From Stegostoma tigrinum (Eukaryota): DNA of 64,000 nucleotides. This document shows positions 1-24,688 of this stretch, piece by piece (within the stretch, counting starts at the first letter, position 1; every line of letters begins with the position of its first letter). The notes below the pieces were generated by a model, which was not told the DNA's origin, made no database searches, and saw nothing but the letters and a program-made list of their open reading frames with translations. The position numbers and the translations under genes were made by a program. Where the stretch lies: the NCBI RefSeq assembly GCF_030684315.1, contig NC_081403.1, forward strand, positions 1,178,001-1,242,000, given 5' to 3'.

Positions 1-1400
1 ACTTGGGGATGTGGGACTCCAAGCCCCGCCCCTTTGCCCCCTCCCCACACAAGGCAGCGGCGTGATGACGTCACCGCGCCAGCGAGGGAAAGGAAAGTAG
101 CGGGGATGGGAAGACCCCGGATGTAGCCTCCATAGCCGAGGCGCTTAACACGACGCAAGGGGAAGGGGCGGCCACAATCCAGCGCCATCCTGCCTGGGGG
201 AGCGTCAACCGAAACGATGGCCAGCGCCACGGGCGCCGGGAGAGCGCGGGGGAGGCATCCGCGGCGTCGGATGATGCAGCCGACGGTGCGGATGGGGTGG
301 AAACACAAGGAACGGATTAGCGGGCGCAATCGGCGAAAAGATGGCCACGCCAAACACCGTTTCTTCCCACACCGGCCCCGCCTATTTCTACACAACACAT
401 CCGGAGGGGAGAAAAACGGAGACGGCATCCTCCCGCCGAAAAGTCGCTGGATGGCGAACAATAAGAGACAGGGACACCGCGGGAACAAAATGGCGGCGGC
501 CTTCCCTCTCCCATTAAAATAAAAACGTTGCGCACTTTCCTCATCGTAGCCCACCACCCACCCCAAAAGTAAAACCCATCCTCCTCCAACATTTAGAACG
601 CGAAAGGGAAGGTTTTAATACGCCCAGACTTGGCCATTTCCCCCAACCGCTGGGAACGACTTATTCTTCTTTCTGATCGATTTTAAGACAAAACGAACAG
701 AAAATGGCGCCCGGCGAGGAAAAGGGGGAGGGGTAAACAAAATGGCGGCCGACCTAAAACAATAAACGGAGGCTCAAAACGTCGCTCCCTCCGCGTTTTT
801 CACGTTCATAACAGCCCTCCCGTCCGCCGGAGGAAAGCGGGCCGTGAAAACGACATTTCTTTCACTCTTGCCTCTCTTCCCCTTCAGCCCACACACCGCT
901 TCCTACCCACCAGCCTTACCATTGGACGCCATTTTTGCTCTCTCCTCTCGCTCGGAGCTCCGGCTCCGACTGAGCGTCTCAGCTCCGAGAGGGGCCGGGT
1001 CTAGACGGAGGGGGCGTGGCCTTGGGCCTGGGACACATCAAGGGAGAGACAGGGGGGAAAGAGGGCGCCACCCTCAAACCGCGATGGGTGTTTTCCGTCC
1101 ATTTTCGTTCTCATCATCCGTCCACTGATTAATTGTAAGGTTATTCCGCCGGAACAATCGCAGGTGACTGTTCGTCTCCGTGGCGGATTCGCTCTTTCTG
1201 TATTTCACAGTACCGCCGTTCCCCCCTCTCGCTAGAGTTGGTACAGTCAGCGCCGAGCATGTATGATCACGTGATCTCACGCTTCATGGACAAAGGACTG
1301 CACCATCTCCCTTCCCGTCGCAGGCGAGGGAATGGTACAGCCGGCGGCTCGGGCTCTACCATCGTGGGGTAGGGAGGACGTCGAGATATTCATCACCGTG
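1..1400. promoter_or_regulatory. CpG island: FUS promoter, exon 1 and start of intron 1
   Basis: CpG-dense. CRE TGACGTCA 66-73; YY1-type AAAATGGCG at 487, 701, 739 and across the ATG; GC-box GGGGGCGTGGC about 1010-1020; palindromic E-box GATCACGTGATC about 1265-1276. Confidence 0.8.
920..932 (-). CDS. FUS: FUS RNA-binding protein, coding exon 1 (MASN + first base of D); the rest of the gene lies left of the window
   Basis: Minus strand reads gcaaaaATG GCG TCC AAT G|GTAAGG, the 13-nt first coding exon typical of FUS (MASND; EWSR1 has MASTD). It lies in a CpG island, downstream of and co-oriented with KAT8 as in human. Confidence 0.8.
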
Positions 1401-2339
1401 AGAATGACCACGGACACATTCCACAGCTCAGCCTCTGACTCAGACAGTTGACAAGAACTTTTCTGTCCTCTCTGAGAATCTGGAGTCTCGGTTCAGTTGA
1501 GATTTTAGGCTAGATAAATGTCCTTCCGGCTGAAGACGACCCCCTCAGGACGAGATGAACACTTCCAGGAGCGCTCCCCTAGCATGGGAATGGGGGGAAG
1601 GGAAAGACTCGACCATGACACCTTGGGGGAGTACTACAGTGTGTTGTCAACGGTATCCGTTTCATAGCCTATTTTAAGAAGTTAATCCCGCCGGAGACCA
1701 TGAATCCCGCTACGAAATTTTCCGCTCTAAGGTTTCAAGTCGAACAGAGACGTGAGACTGAATGTGCACATGACCATGGATACCACCCCGCCTTTCCCTT
1801 CCCCACTCTCCGCACACACACCCACCCAAACGCGCAGCGAGGTTGCACGGAGTGGGCGGGGCTCGTAGGCCACCGAAAGGTCACGTTCCGTGACTGGATT
1901 TTTATGAATGAATTTGGCGCGCAAATGCCTGATTTCCCCCCTCTGGACCTGGTCCCTGCCCCCTCCCTTTTGGGGTTTGGAAAGCGGGAGGTCAAGGAGC
2001 TATCCAAGGTCATTCCTGATGCCCATTCCTGGAGGGTTGGGCTATCAACATATGCATAGCTGCCAAGCCCTTACACACATTGTTTTGTTGGGACTAAGTG
2101 GGCGAAGGGAGCTTGAGAAAGAGGGAGATGGGCTGAATGGCCTCCTTCACCGTCCTGACACGGCTCTCCCGCTGAAGGGATAGCTGGGGTTCAGGCGGGG
2201 TCCCAGAGCGCAGGAAAGTGGCCAACGCACGTCCCCCGTTTAAGGAAGGAGGGAACCAGAAGACAGGAAACAATGGGCCGGCCAGCCTGCCCTTGGTCAT
2301 CCGTAAGATCTGTTGTCGGGGGGGGTGATTGAGGAGTAC

Positions 2340-3100
2340 GTGCAAAGTGCATGCTAAAACAGGGCTTGGTCAGCACAGAGCAGTCAGGATCCTTTAGAGG
2401 AGGTAACGGGCATGTTAGGCGACAGAGAGCCAGCGGACGTGATCTGTTTGGATTTCCAGAAGGTGCCACGCAGGAGGCTCTCGATAGAACAGGACCCCAT
2501 GATGCGAGGTGCGTGGAAAGGGCAGATAAAACGTGGAGCTGGAGTCCTGAGCCGAAACGTTGACTTTCCTGCTCCTCGGCCCGCCTGTGCCCCTCCCGCT
2601 CCACATTTCATCGGCTCCAGCTTCTGCAGTCCTTGCTCCTTCCTGGGCGTGAGCCCTTGACGACTAGAGTTCCGCAGGGAACACAACTGTTCACGTTATA
2701 CAAGAACAACCTGGATAAAGGAACCTTTGGAAGGGTGATCCCGGGAATGAAGCAAAGGGGAAAGACTGCAGAATGCTACAGTGCAGAGGGACCTGTGGCA
2801 CTTGATCGCGAAAAGCCTGAAAGCTGCAGAAGTCTTTTTCCAACAGTATAGACCACGCCACATGTGGAGCACTGTGTATCATTTATGTCCCAGGGTTGAG
2901 ACAGGGGGAGCAGTAGCTATTTCAAACAGGTTGAGGCTGAGACTTCAGGGGTTGAATTCTGAGGAGTGTTACACAAATTTAACCCCTTTTTCGCTTGAGT
3001 TCAGAAGGTCAAGGGGCGATCTGCTGGGACTCTTCAAGATAGCAACAGGAGAAAACTGGGAGGATAAACTATTTCCGTTTGCTGCGGACTCTAGAGCCAT
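2340..3100 (+). mobile_element. Degenerate CR1/L2-type LINE ORF2 fragment
   Basis: Remnant peptides DVICLDFQKVP and FSLEFRRSRGDLL. The LINE resumes after the SINE at about 4086-4330. Confidence 0.6.
2525..2640 (+). mobile_element. Degenerate, truncated copy of the Penelope-like foldback element
   Basis: gataaaacgtggagctgga followed by gccgaaacgttgactttcctgctcct...ctccagcttctgcagtcc resembles the arms of the copies at 29635, 36971 and 61579. Confidence 0.5.
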
Positions 3101-4085
3101 GGGCTGCCCAGTGGCTCAGTGGTTAGCACTGCCGCCTCCCATGGCCAGGGACCCGGGTTCGATCCCACTCCTGGGCGAATGTCTGTCTGTGTATGGTTCC
3201 CGCCACCCTCGACCCTCCACTGCCAACCCACCCCATAGTGTGCAGGTGAGGGCAGATTGGCTGTGGGAAATTGTCCCATAGTGCCCAGGGATGTGCGGGT
3301 TAGGGTGGGATTGGCCGATGGGAAATTGTCCCTTAGTGCCCAGGGATGTGCGGGTTAGGGTGGGATTGGCTGATGGGAAATTGTCCCGTAGTGCCCAGGG
3401 ATGTGCGGGTTAGGGTGGGATTGGCCGATGGGAAATTGTCCCATAGTGCCCAGGGATGTGCGGGTTAGGGTGGGTTGGCCGATGGGAAATTGTCCCTTAG
3501 TGCCCAGGGATGTGCGGGTTAGGGTGGGATTGGCTGATGGGAAATTGTCCCGTAGTGCCCAGGGATGTGCGGGTTAGGGTGGGATTGACCGATGGGAAAT
3601 TGTCCCATAGTGCCCAGGGATGTGCGGGTTAGGGTGGGTTGGCCGATGGGAAATTGTCCCTTAGTGCCCAGGGATGTGCGGGTTAGGGTGGGATTGGCTG
3701 ATGGGAAATTGTCCCGTAGTGCCCAGGGATGTGGGGGTTAGGGTGGAATCGGCCGATGGGAAATTGTCTGGTAGTGCCCAGGGATGTGGGGGTTAGGGTG
3801 GGACTGGCAGATGGGAAATTGTCCCGTAGTGCCCAGGGATGTGCGGGTTAGGGTGGGATTGGCCAATGGGAAATTGTCCCATAGTGCCCAGGGATGTGGG
3901 GGTTAGGGTGGGATTGGCCGATGGGAAATTGTCCCGTAGTGCCCAGGGATGTGCGGGTTAGGGTGAGAATACAGTGTTACACGGGTAGAGTATGGGAGTG
4001 GGTATGGTTGAGAGGCTTTTGGAGGGTTGGTGTGGCCTCGATGGGCCAAATGGCCTGAGTTCCCACCATAAGGCCTCTATGATTG
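3101..4085 (+). mobile_element. tRNA-derived shark SINE (HE1-like), internally expanded by a tandem array and nested in a LINE
   Basis: A-box TGGCTCAGTGG 3112-3122, B-box GGTTCGATCCC 3156-3166, LINE-like tail gatgggccaaatggcct...ctatgatt. Confidence 0.75.
3245..3965. repeat. 55-bp minisatellite, about 13 copies, inside the SINE
   Basis: Unit tgtgcgggttagggtgggattggccgatgggaaattgtcccgtagtgcccaggga, recurring at 3291, 3346, 3401 and onward. Confidence 0.95.
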
Positions 4086-5089
4086 GGGGGCGACATATTC
4101 TGAGAACGAGGGCCAGATCCCTGAGGAGGAGCCGTTACGATGCGCTCTGACATAAAAAGAGGTGACAGACAGAATAGAGGGAACGCTATTCCACAAAGTG
4201 CAGTGGATGCTGGACTCATTGTGAGTACTCAATGGGAGATGGATAAATCTTTGTTCAGGGATACAGGCCAATGGCAAGTATAGTTACGCCACACATCGGC
4301 CATGACCTCAGTGGATGGCAGGACAGACTCCGCGGGCCGAACGGTCTACATCCCATTCCAATGCAGATGCTGTGCGTCAATGGGTCAGACGAACAAAAGG
4401 AAGCAGATCACCCTGTGCCCAGAGACAGTGCACTTACCAGATCGCATTTTCCCTCCCTGCTTTTTCTTCGTGACAAGATGGCGCTGGGTTTAGCTCGAAG
4501 CGAGGATCGGCTAAGCACCAGAAAACAGAGAGAGTGAGGTGTTTCTCTGGTTGGCTCGATGGGGTGCCATAAGTGTTCAGTGGTCAGCCCTGACTCTCTG
4601 TGGTCTATATTTTAATGGCTTGGATGCAGGGACAGAAAGTGTGCTCGCTAAGTAGCCCTAAGGTAGGTGGTGTGGTAGATAGTAGGACGTTTTGAAATGG
4701 ACAGGGATAGCTTTGATAAATGGGCCAACAGTTGGCGTTGAATTACACGTGAAGGAATTTCTCCCCGTCTCTGTTCTAAGCTGCTGTCCCTGGTTGTATT
4801 CTCTCTCAGGCAACGGGGAACATCCTTCCTGTGTTTAATCTGCCGAGTCCTGTCACAATGTTAGCATCCCTGAACTCTACTGAAGACCGTCCTAACCTTA
4901 GTTACAAATCCCCTCCACAGCCAGAACAGCTGATACAGGGGGCTAGAGCAGCACACAGATTCACAAGGAATCAAGGGCTACGGGGAGAGTGCGGGGGAAG
5001 TGGAGTTGAAATGCCCATCAGCCATGATATAAATGGCGGAGCGGACTCCATGAGCTGAATGGCCTTACTTCCACTCCTATGTCTTATGG

Positions 5090-6055
5090 TGTTATAGACG
5101 TGGCCTCTCCAAGGAGCCTGAACATAGAAAGACAGCCTGGCTGGAAGCCGTCTGACTTAGTTCACTATTACCACGGGACGTGGGCAGGGTACTTGACGAG
5201 TGGAAGGCAGGGCATTAGAATTTCGTGCTTGTAAAATGCCGCAGGGAAGGAAAGCATCGCGTGGTCCGTTTGAAAAGGTGATGTGCTTAGTGATTGAAAA
5301 TGGATTCCTGTCAGCAGCACGTACACAGAGAGAGCCCGGAGTGAAACATTTGTATGAAAAGGCCGTGCCGTCAGCAAGCAAAGCAGCAATGTTTACAATG
5401 CCAGCAGGCTTTCGAATTTAGCCAATCAGGTTGAACCAGGCACTTAGATACCCCCACCCCCAAAATTAAATTTAAATAAGATGGTTTAGGGCCAGTCCTA
5501 TTGATATGTCGTCAAAGGTATAAAAGAAGGGGGCACTTGGACAAAGTCCCAGAGCTAACTGCCATCCACCAGAGCCAGCGGCTCTCACGAGAGAATCCAT
5601 GCCTCTCTCAGACTCCTTTATGTCTCAGAGAAAGAACCATCTGAATAAGGGCCAATTGTACCAAGCGTACAACTAGTCAATGTTCCTGACAGAGGAATCG
5701 ACGGAGAAGGCGCAGAACATTCCGGAAGACACGGTACCCGGCCGTGATTTCGAGAGCCTAAATTCCATTTCTTTTGGTACATAGGTGGGACTCGTATTTA
5801 TTGGAACAGCACACCTTTGCAATCTTGTTTCATTCGGGGATAGTTCGTAGTTAGATGTGATTTATTTGGGTTGTTAATAATTTGGGTAATTTGTTCACTG
5901 TTACAGTAAGGTGACTAAATTGTTGCTTGTGTCAGGGATTTGTTTTACTTAATCGCGAGAAGTTGCTGAAAGGCAGGTTAAACCACTTTTCACACTCCTT
6001 TCACAACATAGGGGCAAGGTGCTCCTCTGTGGTTGTTTTGGGAGGGGGGGGGCTA
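5090..6055 (+). mobile_element. Possible solo-LTR-like remnant
   Basis: Starts at gttatagacg and is AT-richer and non-coding. Its overall character resembles shark LTRs, but no TG..CA ends or TSD were confirmed. Confidence 0.25.
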
Positions 6056-6129
6056 GGGCTCAAAATTCACTTTATAATTGCTTATGGGGAGAAGGGGACA
6101 GTGGTGCCCTGTGTCTTGGGGCTTGTCTG

Positions 6130-6900
6130 ATGCCGACTCAGTGGGCCCAAATCCCTGGAGGTTTTCTTCGCACAAACCCGTGCTGACTATCCCTAACCAA
6201 TTACTGCCTCTAACTGTCCCTAAATCCTCTCCTTTATAATCACCTCCAGCTATGTAGTCACGGCCCAAGTCCGGCTCACAAGGTCTGTAGTTCCCCAGTT
6301 TCTCCCTACAGCCTTCCTTAAACAAAAACACTACATTAGCCGCCCTCCAGTCATCAGGCACCTCACCCATAATTATAGATGTAAATATTTCTGCAGTTTT
6401 CTCCCTTACTTTACGTTAGATCAGGTCCTGGAGATTTATCTGCTCTTGTCAGAAGTCCATTTCTCTGTATTCTCTAGACTCCCCGTTTTTCTGTGCTCAG
6501 TAAAAACTGATGCTATTATTCCATTAATATCTCTCCCACATCCTGAGGTTCACCACAAAGACACCATCCTCCATCTTTAAGGGACCCTCCTCTCTCGTTC
6601 GCTTCTTGCTCTTCATGTTTGTAAAATCTCTGATTATCCTTCACCCGACCATAACCGACGCTGTCTCTCGCTCCCGCTGTTTCTTCCTTCACAGCGCCCC
6701 TACCCTCTGTATTAGTGAAGAGATTGCATTGAATCGAGTTGTCTGTGTCTAAAATAAAATTCCCCTTTCTTCTTGACGAGACCCTCAATGTCTTTATATA
6801 TCCGTTGTTCCTTAATGGCACCAGCCTTCCCCTCTCAGTCTAACAGGAACATGGTCTGTAACCGTCTCCTCTCAGACGGGTCCCTAAGGCTGACTCCTTT
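6130..6900 (-). mobile_element. CR1 LINE ORF2 fragment
   Basis: GEVPDDWRAANVVFLFKEGCREKLGNYRP, the conserved CR1 pre-RT motif. Confidence 0.8.
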
Positions 6901-7259
6901 GGCTGTTGAGTCGTGTAACCATCTTGTGATGCCCCCTTTTAGGGGTATTTCACACATTGCTAACAGTGCGCTCTCTCTCTGACTGACTGGTTGGTTCCCT
7001 GTTTGGATTGATCGGGTGGTGGGGGGGGGGGGGCACGCTATCTCTAGTTTTAGCCCCTTCCTGGGGGTGTGCAAGCTGCGATGAACGTTAGTCTTTGACC
7101 ATCCCAAAGACAGCTGATGGGTTGGAGAGGAAGTCTGTTCTTGGACAGTTTGAGTGATTTCTAACCCACTTGTTGTCGTCTCTGTCTCTCTCTCAGGGTC
7201 AGCCTGGGCGAGTTGGACTAAATGGTCTGTTTCTGTGCGTGCGACTCTCCGAAATCCAC

Positions 7260-9200
7260 GGCTGGAAACAAAATCGAATCACACTGCGCTAAGAGCTGGG
7301 CTCTTCACCCTATCCATGCCCATCCAGGACTGTATGAACCTCCCGTCTGCCTCTTTCCCAGCCCCAGCCTCTTGTAACACAAACCCACCAGTCTCTGCAA
7401 ACCCTTCCAAAAACTTAACAATATCCTTCCTGCAGCAGGGAGACCGGGATTGAATGCAGTGTTCCCAAAGTGGCCTCACCCACACAGCCACAACATGACC
7501 CTCCCAATTCCTACGCTCAACGCGCAGACCAAACGCCCTCAGCCCTGTCTACCTGCAACTCCACTTTCGAGGGACTATGCTCCTGCACCCCACCACACCT
7601 TCCCCCGAAGCTCTCTCTGTTCAGCGACACTCCCCAAGTCCTGCCCTGACGTGCCTTTCTGAAACTCAACACCTCGCATCCATCCGAATGAAACTCTGTC
7701 CGCCACTCGGCCCATCCGATCAATGAGACCACCTCTCGTTCTCAAGTTGGTGCTTATCCCAGTAAACAGCCTTTGTTTGGACGACAGTCCCTCCAAACCA
7801 AGGATCGTCTGGGCAAGCCTTCTCTGGACTGCCTCCAGTGTAGTAATATTTTCCAAATTACAAGAAACAAAGAGCAGGAACAGGCCCTTCGGCCCGTCCT
7901 GTTGCCCTTCTAAACTGAAGAGACCTTTCCCATCTCGGGCGCCTGCGTCCCTCCATTCCCAGTCAATCCATGCAGCACATTCCAGGCACTCTCCCTCCTC
8001 TACCTGGGGATTTAAAAATTAAACTCACCTGTCCTTTAACCCTTCCCCCACCCCTCCTCAGCTTTCAACTTAACCCTACCTCCCCAGGAACCGACGTTTG
8101 CAACCTGGGAGAAAAGGTGGGCCATGCTTCCCCCTCCCACCACCTGCTGTCTGCCAGCTCTCTGCGTGCCACCCACTACGTGTTATAGCTTTCTCTCCAT
8201 TTCCATAAGACTTGAGTGGAAGCAAGGCCAGTCGGCCCATCGATTTGACACTCTGCTCTTTTTATTCTCAAACAAATGGAACGGCGCTTCCCCAGCGCTG
8301 TGTTCACCCCCCCCACCCCCACCGCAAACTATTTGCTGACATTTTGCTCACCACCCACCTTGAACGTCGCTGTCTCTCTCTTGTTTTTAAGATGACCATG
8401 AAATTCCCTTGCTCCCCCTCCCAGGTCCAACCAGTAAACAAATGCCCCCCACCCCCATCACGGTCCGACGCGCCTCTCAGTTCTGAAGTTGTACCCGACT
8501 CTAAATCTGAAGTCTCTCACTCTCTGTGTGTGCGGACCATGGGTCTGTCCAGCATCGGCGCTTGGCACTGTTTGGCCTTTGATTTTGCAGACGGTTCCCC
8601 TGTCCCCCAAAACACTGTGCCTAACCCCCCACCTCATCCCGCTACCCCCTACCAGCTCATTTACCTCCCCGTTGACACTTGACGAGAGTCACACACAGCA
8701 TGGAAACAGACCCTTCGGCCCATCCAGTCCCATAATCCCAGGCCAGACCATATTCCTCCAAACCCTTTGCTCTCCAAGGACTTACCCCGAATCTCTTTTA
8801 AATGCTGTAACTGTACCCACACCCACCCCTTCCTCAGCAAGTTCACTCACTACCCTCTGTGTGAAAAAAATCACCCCTCAAGCCTCTCTCCCCCAAACCT
8901 ATGCCCCTCCATGTTTGACCCCAGGGTAGAGGGGGGGGGGTGCCCAAAACTTGTTCCCCCATCCACGTCCCTCATGATTTTACAAACCTCGAGAAGGGTC
9001 ACCCCCTCAGCTTCTCGGCGGGGGGGGGGAGAAAGCGAGCCCCTGTTTATTTTGATGACTCAAACTGTCCATCCCTCCTGAACCCTCTCCAGCCGAATCA
9101 CATCCCTCCTTATCAACGGGGCGACCAGGACGGGGGACACAGTGCTCACCCATATCCCGTAGAACCTTAACATGGTGCTCCCAAGCCCTGACTCTTGGAA
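7260..9200 (-). mobile_element. Cluster of degenerate CR1/L2 LINE 3' fragments
   Basis: RPLWEHCIQ..SPCCRKDIVK, TLEAVQRRLAQTILGLEGLS, and repeated cccttcggccca 3'-tail motifs. Confidence 0.6.
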
Positions 9201-9967
9201 CGACAGGCTTGGGACTGGGTATGAGGAAACGGGAGGGGTGGGGGGCACATGTAGTGCAGGTTTTAAAATAAACAATAGGTTTTTTCCCTTGTCCTGGCGT
9301 GGCTTCTGTGTGAATATCCCTCCAGACTGCCCCCTTCAGCTCCAGGCTTCAGTACTGGAGGGGACATGGGCGGGGGGGAAGGGATAGTTCACACTCACGG
9401 TCTGACGGAGGAATGGTCATTGGAGGGATTTTGAGGGGAATGACTCTTAGTTGTTATGGTCAGTGGGGAGACCCCATCCTTTAACCTCTGTGCCCCTAAG
9501 TAACACAGACCCCCCACACACGAGAAGGTAGGAGTGAGCGACCACCCTGAAGCGTGCGGCGCTGCTGGGGAGGGAGTTCCAGGAATTCGAGCCTGAAGGA
9601 ATGGCCAGCAGGGACATGAGGGGTGTCCGATGGGAACGTGCAGGGGCCGGTGCTCCCTCCCGTGTCTGCTGCCCCTCTAAAAGGTGGGGGGGGAAGGGGG
9701 GCTGGGGAAGGTGCTGACGGTAGGTCTTGTAGACGGTACACAATGCTGCAGCCATGCCTGATGAGCGAGGGAGTAGAGAGAAAACAGAAACTGAGCCAGG
9801 GAGTTCCAATCGTGAGCAACATAGAGGGAGGTTTGCCGGAGCTTGAGGAGATTACACAGACAGTGCCGAGTTCTCTCTCAGAGCGCCGATTCCCCCCGAC
9901 CCCCCGGCGGGGCACTGTGAATGTATCTGCACCAGTGAGTAAAGTAACAAAAAAAAACATAACTACA

Positions 9968-9973
9968 TTTATT
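9968..9973 (-). terminator. Candidate KAT8 polyadenylation signal AATAAA
   Basis: tttatt on +, about 870 nt past the KAT8 stop, in a U-rich 3'UTR-like context. Confidence 0.5.
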
Positions 9974-10214
9974 ACAACTTTGAACAACTACAATCAAACT
10001 ACATAAAGGAGAATGTGTACGTGGGCTGCCCGGAAGCTCAAGCTGAAATTATTGCCGACAATTTCTCAATAAAAACACGATCAAAGCCTCTCCGGTCCAT
10101 CCCTTTCCAATCCCGAGCTGCATCCTCAAGGCAGCTGGCAGGTGCTCAACTGTTCAAGTCGGTGAAAGCTGCACCCACCTGACAGGCACCGAGTCACACA
10201 CCTTCCCTCTCACT

Positions 10215-10552
10215 CCGCATCAGGCTCGCACCCACACACGCTCACTCTGACACGCTCGCAGTCTCGCTCTGACACATTCTCCGTGACATGCTCACACACA
10301 CTGACACGCTCGCACTCTCGCTCTGACACACACACACAGAGACACGCTCGCAGTGTCGCTGACACACTCTCACCGTGACACGCTTGCATTCTTGCTCTGA
10401 CGCACTCACTCTGTGACACATGCAGTCTCACGCTCATACGCACTCTCTGTGACACGCTCATGCTCTCACACACTCACTGTGACATGCTTGCACTCTGACA
10501 CTCTCTCTCTCTGTGACACATTACTCTCTCTCTCACTGTGACATACTCGCAC

Positions 10553-10585
<33 letters not shown>

Positions 10586-10600
10586 GAACACACACATACA
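10215..10600. repeat. Degenerate (CA/CT)n microsatellite in the KAT8 3'UTR
   Basis: ctctgacacacgctcgca-type units and a (TC)n run. Confidence 0.85.
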
Positions 10601-10845
10601 AACAAGCAAACTAAGTCTGAGTGAACCAGTGTCATCCTGGCGCTACCACTGCTGTTCTCAGTGTGTCTTGGCAGCAGCAATGATGGGTGGGTAGAGGGTG
10701 GGTCTGTGTCTCTGGGGAAACCCTCTGTTGCCTGCCCCCTGGCCCGCTCTGTGCCATCTAGCCCCAGTTGATTCACTGTCCTCGCTCTCTCTCCCTCCTG
10801 CTGTGGCGCCATCACAGAAATCCTGCTCCTCGGATCTCAGCTGAG

Positions 10846-14432
<3,587 letters not shown>

Positions 14433-14624
14433 CTGTGGGAAGGAGACAGGGCGACAGGGGTTGAAAAACACACAGGGAGAGGGAGAGGGAAAAACGCAGA
14501 GGCACAGGCTCAGATAAACAGAGAAGCATTGACAGCCGGAGGGAAGAGAGCGTGAGAGGACAGAGGCAAAGAGAGAAAGACAGATAGGAAAAACACAGAG
14601 GCATAGATTCAGATAAAAAGAGAA

Positions 14625-15047
14625 TGAGAGAGAGAGAGCGCGAGGGAGCGCGAGGGAGCGCGAGGGAGCGCGAGGGAGCGCGAGGGAGCGCGAGGGAGCG
14701 CGAGGGAGCGCGAGGGAGCGAGAGGGAGCGCGAGGGGCGAGAGGGAGCGCGAGGGAGCGAGAGGGAGCGCGAGCGCGAGAGGGAGCGCGAGCGCGAGAGG
14801 GAGCGCGAGCGCGAGAGGAGAGCGAGCGCGAGAGGGAGAGCGAGCGCGAGAGGGAGAGAGAGCGCGAGAGGGAGAGCGAGCGCGAGAGGAGAGCGAGCCG
14901 CGAGAGGGAGAGCGAGCGCGAGAGGGAGAGCGAGCGCGAGAGGGAGAGAGGCGCGAGCGAGAGGGAGAGAAGAGAGACAGCGCGAGAGAGGGAGAGAAAG
15001 AGAGAGGAGCGCGAGAGAGGAAGAGAGAGAGAGAGAACGCGTGCGTG
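14625..15047. repeat. (GA)n/(GAGCGC)n microsatellite running into the gap
   Basis: cgagggagcg and gagcgcgaga units. Confidence 0.95.
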
Positions 15048-15247
15048 NNNNNNNNNNNNNNNNNNNNNNNNNNNNNNNNNNNNNNNNNNNNNNNNNNNNN
15101 NNNNNNNNNNNNNNNNNNNNNNNNNNNNNNNNNNNNNNNNNNNNNNNNNNNNNNNNNNNNNNNNNNNNNNNNNNNNNNNNNNNNNNNNNNNNNNNNNNNN
15201 NNNNNNNNNNNNNNNNNNNNNNNNNNNNNNNNNNNNNNNNNNNNNNN
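15048..15247. other. Assembly gap (200 N)
   Basis: Round-number N run; the 5' exons of both KAT8 and BCKDK are missing at this point. Confidence 0.98.
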
Positions 15248-15456
15248 ATAGACTGATTGGGATATTAGAGGGTGCGGGGAGTGAGGGGAATGAGTGGGAT
15301 TAGACTGGGTGGGATATTAGAGGTGCGGGGAGTGAGAGTGAGCGGGTTTGGACTGGGTGGGACCTGGCGAGTGGAGGGCACGGGATGCGCTGGCGTTGCC
15401 TTTGCCCATTTTACGAGTAGTTTTTTTTCTCCTTTCCGTGGATTTGTTTTTTCCAG

Positions 15457-24688
<9,232 letters not shown>

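Noticed and set aside
1520-1580. CTGAAGA...GATGAAC as a hammerhead candidate upstream of FUS
   Set aside because: There is no GAAA/GUH with consistent stems; at most an old decayed remnant.
217-2059. Short ORFs around the FUS CpG island
   Set aside because: These are GC-rich chance ORFs with no recognisable homology or splice support.
3101-3190. Possible tRNA gene (A and B boxes)
   Set aside because: It continues into a SINE body and LINE-like tail, with no clean cloverleaf or poly-T terminator.
3245-3965. Interstitial telomere
   Set aside because: There is only one TTAGGG per 55-bp unit, not a (TTAGGG)n array.
14624-15256. Arg/Glu/Ala-rich ORF
   Set aside because: It is microsatellite plus N gap.
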